Assembly: GCA_022570885.1 (NCBI GenBank)
Contig: JACZYW010000002.1
Location: 1 to 39,490 of the forward strand
Direction: 5' to 3'
Length of the DNA stretch: 39,490 nucleotides
From: Chloroflexota bacterium
Lineage (GTDB): Bacteria; Chloroflexota; Dehalococcoidia; DSTF01; RBG-16-68-14
The notes beneath the pieces were generated by a model. The model was given only the letters and a program-made list of their open reading frames with translations, did no database searches and was not told the DNA's origin. A program made the translations under genes and the position numbers. The first letter of the stretch is position 1, and the number at the start of each line of letters is the position of its first letter. Shown here piece after piece: positions 33,455 through 39,490 of the stretch.

Positions 33455-34558
33455 ATGGCCATCGATCAAGTGACCTGGCGACGCACTCGAAAGACGGGCC
33501 TCACCGGGCACGATCCAGCTAAAGCCTTCCAGGGCTATACCTTGTACACGCCCATGGCAGGCGATGGCACGGTCTACCTGATCGACATGGAAGGCGAGGA
33601 GGTGCATCGCTGGCAGATGTCGACGCCCCCCGGACTGTACGGCTATCTCCTGCCGAACGGTAATCTGTTCTACCTGGGAAAGACGCCGGCGGAACCGGGC
33701 GCGTACTTCCCCGTTTGGCCGATCTTTAAGGGCGGCGTGATGTCGGAGGTGGATTGGCACGGCAACGTCGTGTGGGAACACCGAGACCCAGCGCATCACC
33801 ATGACGCCAGGCGGACCGAAGGGGGCGGGGCCATCTACCTGACGCTGGAGCTCGTCCCGCCGGAGGTGCAGGCGAACGTGCAGGGCGGACTGCCGGGCTC
33901 GGAGCACGAGGGCCGCATGTGGGCCGACCGCATCGTCGAGGTCGACGCGGAAGGGCGCACGATCTGGGAGTGGCACGCCTGGGAGCATCTGGAGCCCGAG
34001 ACGGACGTCATCACCCCAACTGATCTACGACATGAATGGTCTCACGGCAACACCGTTGCGCCGCTGCCGGGCGGCGACGTGCTGGTGAGCTTTCGCAACA
34101 TCTCGACTGTCGCCCGCATCGACCGGGCGACTGGGAAGTTTGTCTGGAAGCTGGGCTGGGACGTGTTGGCCCAGCAGCACCATCCCACCCTGCTGCCCAA
34201 CGGCAACGTGCTGATCTTCAATAACGGGACGCGCCGGCGGGCGAATCCGCTGACCTTCTCCAGCGTCATCGAGGTGGAACCTGAATCGGGCACAGTCGTC
34301 TGGGAGTACTGGGACCAGTCCGCCCGGTTTAGCTTCTTGAGCAGCTATATCTCGGGCGCCCAGCGCTTGCCTAACGGCAATACGCTCGTGTGCGAGGGCC
34401 AGTCGGGAAGGCTCTTCGAGGTAACGACGGAGCGAGAGATCGTCTGGGAGTACATCAGCCCGCATTTCTTCGAGGCGCCGGTCTTCGGCATGAGCAACAT
34501 GATATTCCGGGCCTTCCGTTACGGGCCGGAGCATTTCCCAGAGCTTTCGCGAGGTTGA
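33455..34558 (+). CDS. arylsulfotransferase (ASST)-family-like beta-propeller protein
   Basis: 367 aa. Repeated LPNGN motifs and W-rich blades (LLPNGNLFYLGK, LLPNGNVLIFNNG, RLPNGNTLVCEG), as I recall for ASST-type propellers. GAGGAGG RBS. Confidence 0.65.
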   Translation: MAIDQVTWRRTRKTGLTGHDPAKAFQGYTLYTPMAGDGTVYLIDMEGEEVHRWQMSTPPGLYGYLLPNGNLFYLGKTPAEPGAYFPVWPIFKGGVMSEVDWHGNVVWEHRDPAHHHDARRTEGGGAIYLTLELVPPEVQANVQGGLPGSEHEGRMWADRIVEVDAEGRTIWEWHAWEHLEPETDVITPTDLRHEWSHGNTVAPLPGGDVLVSFRNISTVARIDRATGKFVWKLGWDVLAQQHHPTLLPNGNVLIFNNGTRRRANPLTFSSVIEVEPESGTVVWEYWDQSARFSFLSSYISGAQRLPNGNTLVCEGQSGRLFEVTTEREIVWEYISPHFFEAPVFGMSNMIFRAFRYGPEHFPELSRG

Positions 34559-34574
34559 TGGAGTAGTTGTTCGG

Positions 34575-36545
34575 CTACACGTCCAGGTTGCGTACCTGGG
34601 CGGCGTGAGCCTGGATGAACTTCTTGCGCGGCGCTACCTCTTCGCCCATGAGGCTGGAGAAGACGATGTCCGCCTCGATGGCGTTCTCGATACCCACTTG
34701 CAGCAGGGTGCGGCGTTCAGGATCCAGCGTGGTGTCCCAGAGCTGCTCCGGATTCATCTCGCCTAGACCTTTGTAGCGCTGAATGGTGAGTTTCTTGCCG
34801 TCCTTCCGCTTTTGGTAGCTCTCCAACTCTTTGTCGCTGTAGAGCCAGGCGTGCTCTTTGCCCGAATGCACCCGATAGAGCGGCGGCTGGGCGATATAGA
34901 GGTAGCCCGCGTCGATCAGCTCACGGTAGTAGCGGAAGAAGAAGGTGAGGAGCAATGTGCGGATGTGCGAGCCGTCGACATCGGCGTCGGTCATGATGAT
35001 GACGCGATGGTAGCGGAGCTTGCCCAGGTCCATCTGCTCGCCGAAGCCGGTACCGAGTGCGGTGATGAGCGCTCGCAGCTCTTCGTGGGCGAGCATCTTC
35101 TCCAGCCGCGCCTTTTCGATGTTGAGGATCTTGCCCTTGAGCGGCAGGATCGCCTGGAAGCGCCGGTCACGGCCCTCCTTGGCGGAGCCGCCGGCTGACG
35201 GCCCCTCGACGATGTAGAGCTCGCAGTTCTTCGGGTCACGGTCGGAGCAGTCGGCCAGCTTGCCGGGGAGGTTGGTGCCGTCGAGCAGCCCTTTGCGCGT
35301 GACCAGGTCCCGCGCCTTGCGAGCGGCGTCGCGGGCGCGGGAGGTCATGATGCACTTTTCGATGATGCTGCGGCTTTCGGAGGGGTGCTCCGCCAGGTAG
35401 ACGCTCAGCTCCTCACCCACGACGGACTCCACCTGTCCCTTGATCTCCGGGTTGCCCAGGCGGGTCTTCGTCTGGCCTTCGAACTGAGGCTCGGCCAGCT
35501 TGACGCTGATCACCGCCACCAGCCCTTCTCGCACATCCTCGCCCGTGAGGTTGGGGTCGCTGTCTTTGAGGATCTTCTGTTTGCGAGCCTGTTCGTTCAG
35601 GACGCGGGTCAGGGCGGAGCGGAAGCCGGTGAGGTGGCTGCCACCGTCGATGGTGTTGATGCAATTAGCGAACGAATATGTGCCCTCCGAAAAGCCTGTG
35701 TTGTACTGAATGGCGCACTCGACGACGGTGTCGTCCGTCTCCTTCTCGATGTAGATCGGGCGGGGGTGCACGACTTCGCGGTCTTTGTTGAGGTGGCGGA
35801 CGAAGCTGGAGACGCCGCCTTCGAAGCAGAAGTTAACCTCGCGGTCATTGCGCTCGTCGACGAGCTGGATCCAGACACCTTTGGTCAGGTACGCCGCTTC
35901 GCGGAAGTGCTGGACCAGCGTTTGATAGTCATAGTTGAGCGACTCGAAGACCTTAGCATCAGGCAGAAAGCAGACGATCGTGCCGGTCTCGCTGAGTGCC
36001 TGGCCGTTCTGGTAGGGGTAGAGCGACTCCTTCACGGTGCGCACGGGCGTTGTCGCGTGGCCTCGCTCGTACTCCTGCCGGTGAATTTTGCCGCCGCGGT
36101 GCACCTCCACCCACATCTCCTGAGAGAGGGCGTTGACGACGGAGGCGCCAACGCCGTGCAACCCGCCCGAGACTTTGTACACCTGCCCGCCGAACTTACC
36201 GCCGGCGTGGAGGTAGGTCATCACCGTCTCCAGCGCTGACTTGCCGGTACGAGGGTGCTTATCGATGGGGATGCCGCGGCCGTTGTCGCGCACGTATACG
36301 TGACCGTCCGCCTGGATCGTGATCCAGATGTGGTCGCAGAAGTTGGCCATCGCCTCATCGATTGCGTTGTCGACGATTTCGAAGATGAGGTGGTGAAGGC
36401 CGCGTTCGTCCGTGCTGCCGATGTACATGCCGGGACGGCGGCGGACGGCCTCCAGCCCTTCGAGGACCTGGATATCGCTGGCGGTGTAGTCGCTGGCGCC
36501 TGATTTAGGCTTAGCTGCGCGCTGTTTCGTCTGCTGTCGAGCCAA
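34575..36545 (-). CDS. gyrB: DNA gyrase subunit B
   Basis: 656 aa from TTG 36545. [40 protein letters not shown] (Toprim), [23 protein letters not shown]. Confidence 0.97.
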   Translation of the reverse strand: MARQQTKQRAAKPKSGASDYTASDIQVLEGLEAVRRRPGMYIGSTDERGLHHLIFEIVDNAIDEAMANFCDHIWITIQADGHVYVRDNGRGIPIDKHPRTGKSALETVMTYLHAGGKFGGQVYKVSGGLHGVGASVVNALSQEMWVEVHRGGKIHRQEYERGHATTPVRTVKESLYPYQNGQALSETGTIVCFLPDAKVFESLNYDYQTLVQHFREAAYLTKGVWIQLVDERNDREVNFCFEGGVSSFVRHLNKDREVVHPRPIYIEKETDDTVVECAIQYNTGFSEGTYSFANCINTIDGGSHLTGFRSALTRVLNEQARKQKILKDSDPNLTGEDVREGLVAVISVKLAEPQFEGQTKTRLGNPEIKGQVESVVGEELSVYLAEHPSESRSIIEKCIMTSRARDAARKARDLVTRKGLLDGTNLPGKLADCSDRDPKNCELYIVEGPSAGGSAKEGRDRRFQAILPLKGKILNIEKARLEKMLAHEELRALITALGTGFGEQMDLGKLRYHRVIIMTDADVDGSHIRTLLLTFFFRYYRELIDAGYLYIAQPPLYRVHSGKEHAWLYSDKELESYQKRKDGKKLTIQRYKGLGEMNPEQLWDTTLDPERRTLLQVGIENAIEADIVFSSLMGEEVAPRKKFIQAHAAQVRNLDV

Positions 36546-36740
36546 GTTGCTCCTCGTCTATCGCGCGCTGAGCGGTTGCCGCCTGCGCGCTGGTCATGAT
36601 CCGCATGTCGTGCTTGCGAGCATCCCCGAAGATCCTGTGCTGTGGGGTGGAGATGGCGGAGACGTATCCATTCCGAAGCTCAGTCTAAGTGTAGCACAGA
36701 TACGAGTCTGAGTGTACACGCGGGCGGGGCGACAACAGAA

Positions 36741-36775
36741 CATCGGGTCAGGCCCATCCTTGGCCCGACCCGATG
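36741..36775 (-). terminator. hairpin downstream of the FN3-like gene (possible terminator, or a member of the GTCGGGC hairpin family)
   Basis: CATCGGGTCAGGCC-catcctt-GGCCCGACCCGATG, a 14-bp stem with one mismatch. The minus strand continues TTCTGTTGTCG. Confidence 0.4.
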
Positions 36776-36920
36776 TGACATGACCCGCGAGTGATGCTGG
36801 TGGCGGGGGGTAGAACGCGGGCCCTGCCGCCGTTGGCCCTTCTAGTGTGCCGTGTACGAGTGGCGGCCTCCATAGGCAATTCCCCTATTTGCAGTACCGC
36901 AGAGCATCGATATTCAGCGC

Positions 36921-37484
36921 CTAGCCGCGCTGGCGCAACCGTTGACGCCTTTTGCTGACCGATATGCTCCCGGCCCCAACGAGTACTAGCGCCAGGCCGA
37001 CCCCAGCGACGGCCAGCAGCCAACGGTTGACGGTCGGATGATCCACTGGGCCGCTGCCGCTGTCCGGCAAGAAAGGAAAGGGAAATCGATCGCAGATGGG
37101 CCCAAGGATATCGGCGCCTTCGCTGGGTGACGACTCGCCGGCAGCATTGAACGCGACTACGGTGAACGTAGTGCCGTCACAGGCCTCGTTTATGTTTACC
37201 GCTGGACGGAGCGCGGATGTCGTATCGGCGGGCAAGGTGGCGACTATTTCAGGCGCTCCTCCGCCGACGGTCTTGTAGATGCGGAAGCCGTCTTCGTTAT
37301 CCGAGTTGTCATCCCAGACGAGGCCCTTCCCCCCAAAATCTAAGTTGGTCGGGGCGGCGGGAGGCTGAAGGACGGGCGGTGTCGCGGTGGGGGGCTGCTG
37401 CGCATACACGGAGGCATACACGCCTCCGCCGATCAGCGCCGCGACCGCTAACAGAAACGGAGAGACGTACGCCAGCCTCCGCAT
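36921..37484 (-). CDS. secreted FN3-like protein with a C-terminal LPXTG-like (LPDSG) sorting signal
   Basis: 187 aa. Signal peptide MRRLAYVSPFLLAVAALIGGGVYASVYA. FN3-like PAAPTNLDF...LVWDDNSDNEDGFRIY...VVAFNAAGESSPS. LPDSG is encoded at 37070-37056, followed by the TM LLAVAGVGLALVLVGAGSI and the basic tail KRRQRLRQRG. Confidence 0.65.
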   Translation of the reverse strand: MRRLAYVSPFLLAVAALIGGGVYASVYAQQPPTATPPVLQPPAAPTNLDFGGKGLVWDDNSDNEDGFRIYKTVGGGAPEIVATLPADTTSALRPAVNINEACDGTTFTVVAFNAAGESSPSEGADILGPICDRFPFPFLPDSGSGPVDHPTVNRWLLAVAGVGLALVLVGAGSISVSKRRQRLRQRG

Positions 37485-37493
37485 AGCGCACCA

Positions 37494-37522
37494 ACTCTAG
37501 GCTTGAGCAGCCCCTTTGTCAA
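37494..37522 (-). promoter_or_regulatory. consensus-like promoter giving a (near-)leaderless mRNA for the FN3-like gene
   Basis: On the minus strand: TTGACA (37522-37517), a 17-nt spacer, then TAGAGT (37499-37494). Only 9 nt separate the -10 box from the ATG at 37484, and there is no RBS. Confidence 0.6.
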
Positions 37523-37617
37523 GTAGTTATCGCCAACAAGCCAGAATTGATCGGTGAAATCGGTAGCAGACAAACACACGTCTGTATTCGCACTGAACTC
37601 GGCCTGGTACTGACGGC

Positions 37618-38181
37618 CTAACTCTTAGGTAGACTCTCGCGCCTGCGCAGGTAGAGCAGGAGCGCCGCCAGCGTCTTCGCGTCCTCGATCTCGCCCGTTA
37701 CCATCATGCGCAAGGCATCCTCGAGGGGCGTGGGTACCAGCTCGATCGCCTCTTCGTCTCCCTGCAGCCGGCTCTCCGTCAGGTCGCTGGCGAGGAAGAT
37801 GTGCTGGTACTCGGTGCAATAGCCCGGCGCGAGAAAAAAGCCACCCAGCCGCTCCAGCCGGCCCGGTCGATAGCCGGCCTCCTCCTGGAGCTCTCGCGCC
37901 GCGCAGACCTCGGGCGGCTCGTCGGAGTCCAGCGTGCCCGCGGGCAGCTCCAGCAGCGGCCGGGCCGCGGGGTGGCGATACTGCCGCACCAGCAGCAGCC
38001 GGTCTTCTCGGTCGAAGGCGACGATGGTGACACCGCCCGGGTGCTCCAGCACCTCGGCGGTGCGCTCGCGGCCTCCGGCGTAGCGAAGCGTGTCCGCTCG
38101 CAGCGTGAGCCAGCCGTCGTGGATGCGATGGCTGGCGACGGTGGCGGGGACCGCTATCGGCTGCTCGTGGGGCGCGGTCAC
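37618..38181 (-). CDS. NUDIX hydrolase (ADP-ribose pyrophosphatase-like)
   Basis: 187 aa. Nudix box GTLDSDEPPEVCAARELQEEAGY. Overlaps the nadK stop by 4 nt. Confidence 0.88.
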   Translation of the reverse strand: MTAPHEQPIAVPATVASHRIHDGWLTLRADTLRYAGGRERTAEVLEHPGGVTIVAFDREDRLLLVRQYRHPAARPLLELPAGTLDSDEPPEVCAARELQEEAGYRPGRLERLGGFFLAPGYCTEYQHIFLASDLTESRLQGDEEAIELVPTPLEDALRMMVTGEIEDAKTLAALLLYLRRRESLPKS

Positions 38182-39071
38182 GCCGGCGTCTCTTCGCTTG
38201 CGATAGAGCCGGCAGAAGGCGGCGCGGCGTCTCGGCCACCATCGCGCAGCCAGTTGAGGCGATACGCGAGACGTTCGTAGAAGCGCGTGGGCGGTTCGAG
38301 GCGGAGGAAGCGGGCGCGATGGGGGCTCTGTGCTATCTGTACCGTCTCTCCCGCCGCCAGATCCAGGTCTCGCTCGCCGTCGACGCTGAAGGTGGCCTGC
38401 TGGCTGTCTGCGAGCTGCACTTCGATGATGGCCGAAGAGGGCAGGATCACCGAATTGCGAGACGCGAGATGGGGCGCCAAGGGCGTGAGCAAGATATCGC
38501 CCGACTCGGGCGGCAGGATAGGCCCGCCCGCGGAGAGGGAGTACGCGGTGCTGCCGGTAGCCGTCGCGACGATCACGCCGTCGGCCCGATAGTCAGCGAG
38601 CGGCTGGCCATCGACGCGCACCGACAGCTGCACGGTGCGGCCCAGCGTCGCCCGGCCGATGACGATGTCGTTGAGAGCATCGTGGCGGGCCTGCGCTGCG
38701 CCTCCGGATTTCGGCGCGGAGACCTGGGCGTGCAGCATGGCGCGCTCCTCGATCCGGCCGGCGCCGGAGAGGATCTCCGGCAGCCGCTCCAGCGCTGTCG
38801 CGGCGTCCAGCTCCGTGAGAAAACCGAGACGGCCCAGGTTCACCCCCAGCAGCAGCGTCTGATGGGGGACGACGGCGCGCGCCGCCCGCAGGATGGTGCC
38901 ATCGCCGCCGACGCAGAGCAACAGGTCTGTGCCGGGTACGTGACGGCGCATCGCCTCTTCGTCCCAGGCCGAGGCGATCCACGTCTCGTCGACGCTGCCG
39001 GCCGCGGCGATCAGCTCCTCCGCCACGCGACGGCCCAGCTTAGGATGATAGCAGCAGCCGATCTTCTTCAT
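38178..39071 (-). CDS. nadK: NAD kinase
   Basis: 297 aa. LLCVGGDGTILRAAR (GGDG motif) and ADGVIVATATGSTAYSLSAGGPI. Confidence 0.92.
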   Translation of the reverse strand: MKKIGCCYHPKLGRRVAEELIAAAGSVDETWIASAWDEEAMRRHVPGTDLLLCVGGDGTILRAARAVVPHQTLLLGVNLGRLGFLTELDAATALERLPEILSGAGRIEERAMLHAQVSAPKSGGAAQARHDALNDIVIGRATLGRTVQLSVRVDGQPLADYRADGVIVATATGSTAYSLSAGGPILPPESGDILLTPLAPHLASRNSVILPSSAIIEVQLADSQQATFSVDGERDLDLAAGETVQIAQSPHRARFLRLEPPTRFYERLAYRLNWLRDGGRDAAPPSAGSIASEETPA

Positions 39072-39490
39072 CGCGGCGCTCTCCAGAGGACGAAGAACTC
39101 GCTGTTGCCGGCAGGCCCGCGCAATGGAGAGGTCGTGAGTCCGCCGAAGCGCAGCCCCTCGCCGGCGGCCCAGGCGACGACCCGTCCGAGCACCGTCGCG
39201 TGCACCAGCGGGTCTCTCACCACACCGCCTCGTTCCACCTCGCTGCGTCGCGCCTGGAACTGCGGCTTGACCAGCGCGACGATCAGGCCCTCGGGCGCCA
39301 GCAGCCGCAGCACGGCCGGCATCACCTTCTCCAGCCCGATGAAGGAGACGTCGATTGTAGCGAGCGTCGGCGCATCGGCCTCGCCGGGCAGCGCGGTCAG
39401 ATCGCGGATGTTCGTCCGCTCTATCACGGCCACGCGCGGGTCCTGGCGCAGCCGGTAAGCGAGCTGGCCGTAGCCGCTATCGACGGCGTA
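39068..39490 (-). CDS. tlyA: TlyA-family rRNA (cytidine-2'-O)-methyltransferase, C-terminal part; 5' end beyond the right edge
   Basis: The frame stays open to the window edge: ...YAVDSGYGQLAYRLRQDPRVAVIERTNIRDL...VALVKPQFQA...NSEFFVLW matches the TlyA FtsJ-like domain. The track ORF 39068..39433 is only its in-window tail. Confidence 0.85.
   Translation of the reverse strand, partial: YAVDSGYGQLAYRLRQDPRVAVIERTNIRDLTALPGEADAPTLATIDVSFIGLEKVMPAVLRLLAPEGLIVALVKPQFQARRSEVERGGVVRDPLVHATVLGRVVAWAAGEGLRFGGLTTSPLRGPAGNSEFFVLWRAPR

Noticed and set aside
36689-36696. TGCTACAC at the putative gyrB -10 box matches the island operator motif (14180-14187); considered as a shared regulon
   Set aside because: A single 8-mer match in 39 kb on both strands is within chance expectation, and the flanking bases do not match.
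38319-39458. 379-aa plus-strand ORF
   Set aside because: Antisense to nadK and tlyA, Arg/Ala/Gly-rich, with no recognisable motifs. A shadow ORF.
629-39490. Search of all intergenic gaps over 100 nt for tRNA, rRNA, tmRNA or RNase P-like sequences
   Set aside because: I saw no GTTCGAATC-type T-loops, cloverleaf spacing or rRNA-like conserved blocks. The structured segments are explained by dispersed hairpin repeats. This was a scan by eye only; tRNAscan or Infernal would be definitive.

Overview
High-GC bacterial chromosomal segment (hand counts of sample 60-nt lines give about 70% G+C in core genes), roughly 90% coding and dominated by housekeeping genes. In order: a tetrapyrrole operon (HTH regulator, sirC-like, hemA, hemC, partial cobA), dapB-pnp-rpsO, degV, a P-loop kinase/DUF3105 pair, a PAP2 protein, pepA, an HhH-GPD glycosylase, an MFS transporter, coaBC-coaX, dnaA, obg-nadD, an M23 peptidase/resA-like/resB/lgt/redoxin operon, a 3D-domain wall protein, a second TlpA, an accessory patch (SDR, two methyltransferases, ASST-like), gyrB, an FN3-like surface protein, and NUDIX-nadK-partial tlyA. 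I recognised no rRNA, tRNA, CRISPR array, transposase or integrase. The lineage cannot be verified here; a high-GC monoderm-type or Chloroflexota-like organism is only a guess. The best candidate for an undescribed system is a 1.55-kb low-GC island (13669-15240) between pepA and the glycosylase gene. It holds an XRE-like HTH gene transcribed divergently from a two-gene unit: a 101-aa unknown protein and a dUTPase-fold dCTP-deaminase (Dcd)-like protein with a shortened C-terminus. The back-to-back promoters carry three copies of a TGCTACA operator-like motif. I read it as a horizontally acquired, repressor-controlled nucleotide-pool-modifying module, either toxin/antitoxin-like or anti-phage; this is inference only. 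Other points of interest: a 128-aa RGG-type tail on PNPase encoded by a 21-bp in-frame tandem repeat; at least four families of hairpin-forming intergenic repeats, including two identical 50-nt double-hairpin elements flanking a small membrane-protein gene; a dnaA locus without dnaN and with only degenerate DnaA boxes; a System II cytochrome c biogenesis operon in which lgt sits where resC is expected; an LPDSG sortase-like sorting signal; and two likely leaderless promoters. Many long ORFs in the track are antisense shadow ORFs typical of high-GC DNA and were rejected.
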